A DNA stretch of 64,000 bases from Ascoidea asiatica JCM 7603 (Eukaryota > Fungi > Ascomycota), in contig BCKQ01000008.1 in the NCBI GenBank assembly GCA_001600695.1, positions 1 to 64,000 on the forward strand, given 5' to 3'. Position 1 is the first letter of the stretch. The number at the start of each line of letters is the position of its first letter. A program made the translations under genes and the position numbers. The notes beneath the pieces are model-generated. The model was given only the letters and a program-made list of their open reading frames with translations, was not told the origin of the DNA and did no database searches. Shown in pieces: positions 54,104-64,000 of the stretch.

Positions 54104-54664
54104 ATGCAACTTCAACTTTTAGCCATCTTAGCCGCTGCTACTACTGCTTTTTCTGCTGCTGTTCCTGGTGGTCCAAATTCCCAACGTAAATCTAACTACG
54201 ATTGTTCTTTAACTGCTTATGCTCCTAATTACAAACAAGTCAACAATTATGGTCTTAACATCAAGGAAGATGACAATGGGGATTATTACTTCTACCTTGG
54301 AAACTCTCACAATGATAAGAAAACCTTAACTTATAATCCAACTGACTGCAAGTTAACTGCAACTCCAAATGATTCCAAAAACAAAGGAAAAACTTTAAAT
54401 GTCAATTTTGGTAATGATGATGGAAGCCATTCATTGAAATTAGATAAATCCAACCCGGATGCTAAATATACCTTTGATACTGAAAATTACTTATGCAAAA
54501 ATGGTAACAGGGAAACATATTATGCTTGCAAAAACTATTTTGCTGACTCCAAAGGTCATTCTAAAAAACAAGATATGAAAAATTTCAGCAAGTCTAATTA
54601 TTTTGTTTGTGATTCCAAAGTTGACAACTCTTGTTATCCTGTCAATATTAAAAAGTCTAATTAG
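54104..54664 (+). CDS. Secreted Rhd3/Pga30/Pga31-like cell-wall family protein, 186 aa, no GPI tail (copy 1)
   Basis: Signal peptide MQLQLLAILAAATTAFSA, AAAAATG context, strong codon bias and 6 Cys. Motifs V..YGL...YFYLG...LTY and YACKN...FSKSNYFV...CYPVNI match, from memory, the Candida Rhd3/Pga30 domain. Confidence 0.88.
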   Translation: MQLQLLAILAAATTAFSAAVPGGPNSQRKSNYDCSLTAYAPNYKQVNNYGLNIKEDDNGDYYFYLGNSHNDKKTLTYNPTDCKLTATPNDSKNKGKTLNVNFGNDDGSHSLKLDKSNPDAKYTFDTENYLCKNGNRETYYACKNYFADSKGHSKKQDMKNFSKSNYFVCDSKVDNSCYPVNIKKSN

Positions 54665-56005
54665 GCCTGAAGCTATTTCCGACTTGCAGTTTGCTGTTAT
54701 ATTTACTTTCTGTCTCCATTTCTTCTTATTCTTCCTTCTTGAAATTTATCTTTTTTGAATCTTCAGAGCCATTCTTCTGTCCTCAATGGGATATTGAATA
54801 GTTTATATATCTTTAAATAAATATCTTATAAGCGTTTTCCTTTCTTTAATATTCATTCAATAACAAATTGACAAAATTACTCCGTTATTTATATATAAGT
54901 AAGTTCTTTCTAAGAATTGTCTTTTGAAATGGCAATTGTATTAAATGTTTTTTGCAATTTCAAAAGTTGTAGTTTTTAGTGATATTGTAAATGAGGTTAT
55001 TTCTGGATAGTAGAAGAACATACTGTTATTTCACAAATTTTAGGCTAGGAGTGAACCATAGCATCTGAAATAGCGTATATTATTTCTCATGATAATTGTT
55101 TTTATGCATTTCTTTCCAATAGTAAGACAATTTGGTCATTCAAATTTTCTGGCTTTGATATTAATGTTCTTCAAAAATATTGTAGCAGAAAAGCTTTTTT
55201 TTGATTAAGATATATAAAAAGAACATCTATATATTTGAAAAGCATTGAAATTGTCCTAAGCCGCTGATATTACAAAATACGTTATACAGCTCCAGTTGCA
55301 ATTGAAAACACTTCTCTAATTCAAGTTCTTTCCATGACTTCCATAGAAGTTGTTATTTAAGAATATTATAAATTGTTTAAACTTATAAATTTGAGCATCA
55401 TACATAGTTTATGATTTGGTATGGCCAATTTTGAATGTTAAGTAACGGGAATAGGTGCTAAATGACGGTAATATACGGGAAATCAATTACCTGCCGGTAT
55501 CTACTATTACGGATATAGCAGGCAATAATCGGCTAGTATCCTCATGGGAGAAATAATTTGAAAGGCACTGAAAAATAATTGAAAAAAAATATATATATTC
55601 AAATGTAAATTGAACTCATAAAAGAAGAAGGTTTTTAAAAATGCAGCAAACTATCCATATTGGTACAAAAATTACTTGAATCATGCAAAAAATGTGTGGC
55701 TCAATGATGATGGAATTTCTAAGAGTTCGTTACAAGCTTAACGAAGAAAACATCAGATTTCAAAGTATTTTTTTTCTTTTTAAATTGAAGGCTTTACAAT
55801 AGTATAATTATAGAACAGCTGTATTTTTAAAAATTTGTTCTAAAAATTGGCTTATATAAAGGGCATGATTTTTCTTTCAAATTGTTCCATTAGGTTTTCA
55901 CAATCAATGAATCTGTAAATTGTTTTTTCCTACAGAACTTTGTATCTAGAAAGCCTTGTTGGTCTTATTTTCATTAATTGATTATTTAATTGCATCTATT
56001 ATTTC

Positions 56006-57294
56006 ATGATGACTTTAGACTACGATGGTTCGAATACTAAAACTAAAGAAAGAGTGCTTTTTATTGGTGATATTGATAGATCCCTTTTGGAGTATAAAGA
56101 GTTTTCGAAAAAATTTGAGTGCATTGTAAGTATTTCAGTTATGTATTAAAGGAGAATCATATCATCACTTTATTGATCTCATCCTACTTCAATAATGAGG
56201 GAGAGATTATTATGTTTCTACAAAAAACTAACCCGCAAATTTTTCGAAATTACTTAATTCTTTAGCATTACAAATTAACAACAAAAGAGAAACTAATTGA
56301 AGACTTCAAAAGAAATTTTTTTGATATTGAAGTAATATATGGCTCATTGGAAGGGTTTATTAGTTTAGGTGGATTTAGAGATGAAATCCTTGAAAATTCT
56401 CCCAAAACTTTGAAATTAATTACAACATGTTCGGTAGGGATCAATCATTATGATCCAATTGAAATGAGGAAAAAAAATATAATGTTAACAAATACTCCAT
56501 CATTTGGAGCAGAAGAAGTTGCCGATATTGCTTTATACTTAACTTTAGCAGTATTTCGAATGATTTCAATGCTACAAAGATCTTTCTTAAATGAAAGAAA
56601 AAATTTGAATAGAAAGATTACAAGTAATTCTATAAAAAAATTAAAAGCAAAAGATTTATATAAAGCAGAATTAAGCACAGGTATTTATGGAAATGAATAC
56701 ACGTATGGTCATATAGCTAATGGGAAACCAGTTTTCACTCCAAGGGGCAAAAATGCAGCGATATTAGGATTAGGAGCTGTAGGAAAAAGAGTTGCAAAAA
56801 GATTAGCGTGTATTGGAATGAAAATACATTATTATAATTTGGAACCCTTAAGTAAAACTGAAAGTTCTAAATTTGATTTTAAATTAACTTATCATAGCTC
56901 AATTAAGTCAATTTTAGGTATAGCAGATGTGGTTATTATAAGTTTACCAGGAAATGAAAAAACAACTCATTTAATCAATAAAGAAACTATAGCTTATTTG
57001 CCTGAAAGAGGTTCTCGAATTGTTAATGTTGGGAGAGGCTGTATAATAAATGAAAAAGATCTAATCAATGGTTTGAATACAGGTAGAATCCTAAGTTGTG
57101 GATTAGATGTTTTTGAGGAAGAACCTAATATCAATGAAGAATTATTGCAAAGATCAGATGTTGTTATTACACCTCATATTGGCTCTCGGACAATTGAAGT
57201 TTTTGAGAAAAGTTCCGTTTTTTGTCTAGAAAATATAAACAGATTCTGCAATGGTGAAAAACCTTTAAATTTAGTTAATCAGTTCACTTTTTGA
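56006..57294 (+). CDS. D-isomer-specific 2-hydroxyacid dehydrogenase (glyoxylate/2-ketoacid reductase-like, YPL113C/GOR1 family), 382 aa; exons 56006-56125 and 56266-57294
   Basis: GLGAVG Rossmann motif, NVGRG, GLDVFEEEP and TPHIGS. A phase-0 intron (GTAAGT 56126, AACTAAC 56226, TAG 56265) joins the two frames. Confidence 0.93.
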
Positions 57295-57906
57295 TTTAGT
57301 TATACATCAAATACATGATATATGTTAGATCAGAGCACTGTTTCATTCTGTTACAGAATTAAACAGAAATACCACTAAGTTATTTACTAACAGTAGCCAT
57401 AAGTGGAGTGTGGCCGAGTTTGAAGGTATTCTCTGAAGCTGCCAAAATAAAATTAAAAAAATATGTCTAGATCTTTGACAATTTGACCATAAACTTTGAA
57501 CTGCATTTGAAAAATAAGTTAGATTAGACTCAAGCTGAAGTATTACTTCGTCTAACTTCCAAATATTGTGCAACTGAGAAAAAAAATATGTGACTGCTTA
57601 TAATATTTCACTTACAAGTTTAAGCCAGAGCCCCCTTACATTTAGGGTATTTAATATTATACCTTACACTTTTAAGCAAAGGCTACTTTATAGTGTATTT
57701 TGACTGTTTTTTAAATTTCAGTTTATTCTTAATAACAATCAGCAGTGGAAATTTAGCTAACTACCAATCTTTCTAAGATAGTTGAAACGTAATTCTTAGT
57801 TTTATTGGATTTTTTTTTTAGTTATTGCTTTTTCCAAAAATTTTTGATTATTACTTTTCTAAAAATAATCTCAACTTATAGGCAAAAAGCAAAAAAAACC
57901 TAAGAT

Positions 57907-59780
57907 ATGCTATTATTCAAACAATTAACATTCAACTACAAATCTTTTATTATTTTCTGTTAGACAAAGCATTGTTATTTTAGCAAAGTGAACTTACAAA
58001 CTTGAGGCAAGCTAATGAAAGAAGATTGATAAGAAATATTAAGATAACTTTTTGTAAAAGTTTTACATGTTTATAATCTGAAAATGGAAAGTCAAAAGAT
58101 AAAAACAAGAACAAAAATTCTATAAATATTCTTGGCTTGTAGAGAATATATTTTAAGCTATTATGACAGAATGCCGAATATATCGAGCATTTAACATTGA
58201 TAATTACTGATGAAATCAAATACCTACAACAATGTATAGTTCGAAAATATTTTCAGCCATGGCTTGAAATTAATTCACCCATGAAAATAAAAAGGATGAA
58301 GTATTTCAAGATAAAAAAGACCGAAGCATTTATTTCTAGCGTTAAATTAATGATAAGAGATATCTTAAACCAGTTGCCTAAGAATTTAAGAATTGTAGAT
58401 TTTTCTCCCACTGTATTTAAGAATTCAATTGAGGAATCAATTAAATTCAATTCAATTGAATTCAATAACTTGAAAAACTTTAGACTAATAAATGATCGTC
58501 TGTATTTAAAGAAAAATACTAATAATCAGCAAAATATAACTTCAGAAGAATATTCAAAAGTTTAATTGAGATATTTAATCTCCATTAGTCTGTGGAGTCT
58601 AATTACCTTAAATTTAGGTTTTAATAGATTTGGTTCATCAGTGAGCAATGATACTTCAAATTATATTATTGAATCTTTAGAATATCTTAGATCTTTAGCA
58701 AATTGAGAACTTTTAAGCTTAGAAAAGCCTTCTCTTTAAAAGATCTCAAAAAATATTGTTCTTCCTAGAGCAGCTAATTTCTGTGAATTTCAGAAAACAT
58801 TATCTGATAATCCAAATTGAAGACAAATTGAATTTAAAAAATTTTTGAGAAATGCAAAAAGTTTAAATTTGAACCATAATAAAAGTGGAAAAATTTCAAT
58901 TGAGTTTTTCTGCTTTTTAAGGAATTTGAAACATTTGAATATTTCTCACAGTAATTTAAACCAAATGCAATTTATCAAATACTTACATTTTAAAATCATT
59001 GATCCATCATTTAATCATATAATTCAGCTTCCAAAATCTTTTCAAAGTTTCAAAGATGATCCTGAAATTTTTGAGGATTAAGATTTGTAAATCTTCAAGA
59101 TAAATTACCACTTTAGAAAACACTTATCAACAAAAATATTTACAGAGTCTAAATTTAGAAAAAAAAATTCTATTTTTAATATTTTTTTAGTTAATTTTAA
59201 AATTCTTAAGTTGAAAAGAAATTTATTTAGATATTTTTCAACAAAAGAGAACTTTATGTCAGTAAAATTACCTGAATCGACAAATTTGAATTCATCAAAG
59301 AATTGTACTTTAGTTTCTAAATTTATAAAAAATTTCTCAAAATTAAAAGATCTAGATTTTTCTGGAAATGAAATAAATAGTATTCCAAATGATTTCAAAC
59401 ATTTCAAAAATGTTCAAAATTTAGATTTCTCAGATAATAGAATGAATTCACCAATGATTCATAGATTTAGGTCTATTAATACTTTAGAATTATTAAATTT
59501 ATTGGATAAATCAATTTTAGATTTGAACTTCTTAGATAAAAAAAGTTTCAGTGACAATTTCATCAATTTGAAGAAATTATATATTTAATATACTTCCATA
59601 AAGTTGTTCAAGAATTTAAATATCAGCAAAGTTAAATGTTTTAAACATTTAGAAAATTTTTTTGTTAATGCAACTGGAATACGAGATTCTAAAGATAGTA
59701 TTGATATGATTACATTTTTGAATGATAGATAGTACGATCGTACTTGTACCAGGAAAAAAAAGAATATCTAAATTGAATTA
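57907..59780 (+). pseudogene. Leucine-rich-repeat (possibly F-box/LRR) pseudogene
   Basis: LRR motifs LKHLNISHSNL, LKDLDFSGNEINSIP and VQNLDFSDNRM are spread over ORFs 58197-58565, 58845-59081 and 59211-59588, separated by stops and frameshifts. The F-box-like N-terminus at 57907 is tentative. Confidence 0.8.
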
Positions 59781-60223
59781 AACCTGTGTCCTTCAAAATT
59801 CTTGTCCATTTCTTTCATTGATTGAGTTGAAGAATTTTCTTTGCTTAAGGGGCATATTCTAAGGTTACTTTCTCATTATTTATTGTTATTTATTGTTATT
59901 GTAATTGTTAATTATTGTTATTTATTGTTTTTTTATATTCTGATTGGTTTCTTGGTCAAATTCGTCAGTATTTATCCGGTGCGAAACTGTTTTTACGGTT
60001 ACTTGCAGGAGACCCGCAGAGCTGGCGTCGCTCCGAAGATACAGCCCGAATTTATGAATAGCGAGAAATGGTCGTTTCATGACGACAGACACATTTCTTT
60101 AGCTTATTCCTTTCAGTATTTAAATACAAGTTTATTTAAGCTTACTACTCTTTTTATCTATTTTAATTCAATGCAATTATATTGGATTCTTATCCTATCT
60201 TCTTGAAGTTTTTAAAGTTCATC

Positions 60224-61363
60224 ATGACAGATAATATTCCTGTAATTGTGGTCAACAGCGTAAGGTTTAATAATGATTGAAGCAAAGTTACTTTAAGTTT
60301 AATGATACTAACTTATATTGTAAATATCATATATTCAATATATCCAATATAGCCATTTATAAATTTATCTAGTAGTAGATTATCCGAAGGTCCTGTTTAT
60401 AATTATTCGAACAACTCTTTACTTTGGGTTGATATAATCTCATCGAAGGTTCATAGAGTTTTTTTAGATAAGTATCAGAAAGATAATAATTCAGATATTG
60501 AAACTTTTGATACTTCATTTTTACAAAAGAAACATAATTTAGAGTTTCATCCTTCCAATGGGTTTATTTGTTTAACAAAAGATGATAATAAAATTTTAAT
60601 TGGTACTAAAATTGGTATAGTTTTATTTAATATGATTAATAATGAATCAAAATTGATTTTCGATTACTCAAATTATATCAAAAATTTCAGATTGATCAGA
60701 AGTAATGATGGTAGAATAGATCCTGATGGGAATATTTTATTTGGCTTAATGAGTGATTTTAATTATCCAAAAGGAATAAAAGAAAAAATCGGATCTTTTA
60801 ATAAACTAACTACAAAGAACTTTTCTGATTATTCAAATTATCAATTTGAAGAGATTTTTCATAATTGTGCTATTTCAAATGGGTTTGGTTGGAATTTTGA
60901 TTTAACCAAGTTTTATTGGATTGAAAGTTTAACTTTCACTATATGGCAGTTTGATTATAACAAGAATACAAAAGAAATAAAGAACAAAATACCACTTATA
61001 AATGTTTTTGATTACTTTAATGAAAAAGAAAGTCCAGAGCCTGACGGTATGACCATTTCTAAAAATAATCAGTTATTTGTTGCAGTTTGGAACACTTCAA
61101 AGGTTTTACAATTTGATTTGAATGGTAAAGAAGGTCCCATGTTAATTAATATTTATAAGTTTCCTGCCAAAAGAATTTCATGTCCAGCTATTGGTGGCAA
61201 ATACCTTGATACATTATTTGTATCAACTGCAGATCTAAATCTTGATGATAAAGATAAACTAAAATCTGTAAAAGGTGATTTAGGTGGAGCGATTTTTAAG
61301 ATGAAATTAGTTAATGTCGAAGGTAAGAGATCTAATATTTGGAATGGGGTTACTGAATTCTAA
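60224..61363 (+). CDS. SMP-30/gluconolactonase/regucalcin-family protein (YBR053C-like), 348 aa; exons 60224-60259 and 60353-61363
   Basis: LSEGPVY...LLWVDI, RSNDGRIDPDG, ISNGFGW, PEPDGM and CPAIGG...LFVSTA. A phase-0 intron (GTAAGG 60260, TACTAAC 60306, TAG 60352) supplies the start exon. Confidence 0.92.
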
Positions 61364-61543
61364 CTTTCTTCTTCAGCCTACATAACTTTTAGATATATAT
61401 ATTTTGTTTATTTAACTTGACCAGGCAAATAGGTGTCTGTCCATTTAGCTGGAATGAAAATATATATTAACAAAAGTAAAAACTAATTAATCTCGTTTCC
61501 TCTATTTGGTTTTAAACTAGTAATTATTAGAAACAAAGTTTCA

Positions 61544-61639
61544 GCCTGGCTAGCGTAATGGTTAACGCGTCTGACTTCTATTAGAACCTTGTTCAATTGA
61601 GTCATCAGAAGATTGTGGGTTCGACTCCCACGTCGGGTG
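61544..61639 (+). tRNA. tRNA-Arg(UCU) with a 23-nt intron (61581-61603)
   Basis: Acceptor GCCTGGC/GTCGGGT, D arm GCGT/ACGC, anticodon stem TCTGA/TCAGA with TCT at 61577-61579, and T arm GTGGG-TTCGACT-CCCAC. The intron sits after position 37. Confidence 0.96.
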
Positions 61640-61640
61640 G

Positions 61641-61649
61641 TTTTTTTTT
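61641..61649 (+). terminator. Pol III oligo-T terminator
   Basis: T9 run 2 nt after the tRNA 3' end. Confidence 0.85.
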
Positions 61650-62346
61650 CTTAATTCAGAATTAATTCTGCAATTCACAGCTGGTGTTAAGATAATTTCG
61701 AAAAATAAAAAGTTAAATTACTTTATCAATAAATCAAAACCTAACTAAATACATGATATACAGAACATTAGAATATTTCGTGAGTTTTTCTTTCACTTTT
61801 AAAGGAAAACAAAAATTGATTCTCAAATGAAAATATAGCATATACAGATTGTTCATTTCTCTTTGGAGATTTCTGATATTATTTCATCAGTAGTTGATCT
61901 TTATTTCTCAGGTTACATCTATCAGCTTGAATTACTGAAGTTTATTAAACTATTTTCTATAAAATAATCAGTTACTATGAATTGACTTAATTTTCGATTA
62001 TTTTTTACCATATCAACACAGATTTACTGATTGAATATGATCCAAATTTTTCGATTTATTTGAAATCAGCAAGTTTCAAAAAAAAATTAAAGTATTTTAT
62101 TTAAATATATCTTTTTCAGTAAGTTTTAATGAACAACAAACTTCAATTGCTTAATTCCACAACATAACTACATTGTTGTTTTCATAATATTTGATCTATA
62201 TTGTGACTTCGTAAACATTATCAGTACAAATCACTTCTTATTGCTTCAATGATATTACATGGAATTATCAAGGTGATTCTTATTAGTTCTATCATATTTT
62301 TGACATATATTGTTTTCTAAAACATATTTTTAATCCATGTTCGCTA

Positions 62347-64000
62347 TTGTCAATTTGTTATTGAATGAATATTAAAGAAAGGAAAACGCTTATAAGATAT
62401 TTATTTAAAGATATATAAACTATTCAATATCCCATTGAGGACAGAAGAATGGCTCTGAAGATTCAAAAAAGATAAATTTCAAGAAGGAAGAATAAGAAGA
62501 AATGGAGACAGAAAGTAAATATAACAGCAAACTGCAAGTCGGAAATAGCTTCAGGCCTAATTAGACTTTTTAATATTGACAGGATAACAAGAGTTGTCAA
62601 CTTTGGAATCACAAACAAAATAATTAGACTTGCTGAAATTTTTCATATCTTGTTTTTTAGAATGACCTTTGGAGTCAGCAAAATAGTTTTTGCAAGCATA
62701 ATATGTTTCCCTGTTACCATTTTTGCATAAGTAATTTTCAGTATCAAAGGTATATTTAGCATCCGGGTTGGATTTATCTAATTTCAATGAATGGCTTCCA
62801 TCATCATTACCAAAATTGACATTTAAAGTTTTTCCTTTGTTTTTGGAATCATTTGGAGTTGCAGTTAACTTGCAGTCAGTTGGATTATAAGTTAAGGTTT
62901 TCTTATCATTGTGAGAGTTTCCAAGGTAGAAGTAATAATCCCCATTGTCATCTTCCTTGATGTTAAGACCATAATTGTTGACTTGTTTGTAATTAGGAGC
63001 ATAAGCAGTTAAAGAACAATCGTAGTTAGATTTACGTTGGGAATTTGGACCACCAGGAACAGCAGCAGAAAAAGCAGTAGTAGCAGCGGCTAAGATGGCT
63101 AAAAGTTGAAGTTGCATTTTTTAGATTGGAAGTTAGACTGGAGAGACAATTTTCAATGAGATGAGGAAATTAGTAGAGGTTACTAGATATTATTGTTTGA
63201 TGGTAAAGAAAGAAGACAGAAGAAAGAGAAAGAAAGGAAAAATAACTTTGAAATAAAAACTTGGAAATTCTGTAAGTATTTATAGTAAAAAACACTGATA
63301 TTTGAAACTGAAAAATTTGTGGCTTTGAAAATAGTTTTTCGAAGTAAAAGTAATTCCATTTGGTGAAGATTTCCTTTGACTTGGGACTTTTGAAAAACTC
63401 ATAAGTAAGCACAAACAGCAATTTGGTGAACTTCATTTTATATTTTGGGAAAACCAAAATCCAAAAAGAGCTGAAGCCTTTGGTTGGGTATATATTATTG
63501 GTTTTACAGAAATAGCAGGAATATGGTGAATTGGGAATTAAGGATTTCCTCCAGCAAAATATTTTAACTCAGACTCCAGATATTACTCACTGTAGGTATG
63601 TTTGGATATTAATTCACAACAATACTGGTATCCAGGGTATATTTTAAGAATTGCGAGAAAGAATATGGTAATATAATAAATGAAAATAATTGAGATTGTT
63701 TGAAGATGAATGGGGTTTGTTGGTCGGGAAGCCAGATATGAATTTGAATAGTGCAAGGGTACTGAGGTTACCGGTATGAAAGGTGAAATAAACAGAATAC
63801 GAGAAAAGCCGACTTTAGAAGGAGTGAATTCATTAGGGAATTGGTATAATATGGAAAGACGAGAAACTGCAGGAATCGCTGAAAGTGTTTGGGTTTGCTA
63901 TTGTATAAATCAATTCCATTTATATTTCAGAGGCCTGTATAGTTTTGTGATTTTCGGTGTACCAAACTAAAGTTTTATTATTTTCGTCAGTATATTGGTA
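62347..64000 (-). repeat. Right arm of the inverted repeat (continues beyond the window)
   Basis: Reverse complement of 53221-54874. Identity breaks sharply at ...AAATTGACAA|AATTAC versus |TAGCGA. Confidence 0.97.
62557..63117 (-). CDS. Secreted Rhd3/Pga30/Pga31-like protein, 186 aa (copy 2, identical)
   Basis: Translation identical to 54104-54664. Confidence 0.88.
   Translation of the reverse strand: MQLQLLAILAAATTAFSAAVPGGPNSQRKSNYDCSLTAYAPNYKQVNNYGLNIKEDDNGDYYFYLGNSHNDKKTLTYNPTDCKLTATPNDSKNKGKTLNVNFGNDDGSHSLKLDKSNPDAKYTFDTENYLCKNGNRETYYACKNYFADSKGHSKKQDMKNFSKSNYFVCDSKVDNSCYPVNIKKSN

Larger units (their letters stand above)
53221..54874 (+). repeat. Left arm of a long, apparently perfect inverted repeat (>=1654 bp)
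   Basis: Reverse complement of 62347-64000; paired coordinates sum to 117221 throughout, and three ORF translations are identical in both arms. The outer boundary cannot be set because the partner arm leaves the window. Confidence 0.97.

Noticed and set aside
56448-59407. Minus-strand ORFs overlapping the dehydrogenase and the LRR pseudogene
   Set aside because: Antisense shadow frames of AT-rich coding sequence.
54875-62346. Mating-type locus or DNA transposon with long TIRs
   Set aside because: No HMG, alpha-box or homeodomain ORF and no transposase or recombinase lies between or within the arms.

Overview
AT-rich budding-yeast (Saccharomycotina) nuclear DNA, judged from GTAAGT/TACTAAC/YAG introns, an intron-containing tRNA and Ty-type elements. 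Ascoidea-like is only a guess. The window has two parts. (1) ~1-53 kb contains no recognisable intact host gene. It is a nested graveyard of decayed LTR retrotransposons: at least four Ty1/copia relics (one full length, 24436-32304, with both LTRs and an intact AAGTG target-site duplication), Ty3/gypsy relics, three diverged copies of an unusually long (~1.07 kb) LTR-like repeat, orphan pseudogenes and minisatellites. It begins with phased HSE-like and GATA arrays, and it is a candidate regional centromere or silent domain. (2) 53.2-64 kb is an apparently identical inverted repeat (arms >=1654 bp, the right arm running off the window). Each arm carries a secreted Rhd3/Pga30-like gene without a GPI tail. 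The arms enclose a 7.47-kb cassette with an intron-containing D-2-hydroxyacid dehydrogenase, an LRR pseudogene, an intron-containing SMP-30/gluconolactonase and tRNA-Arg(UCU). The leading hypothesis is an invertible (flip/flop) cassette beside a retrotransposon-rich silent domain. All alignments and translations were done by eye, so identities and relic boundaries are approximate.
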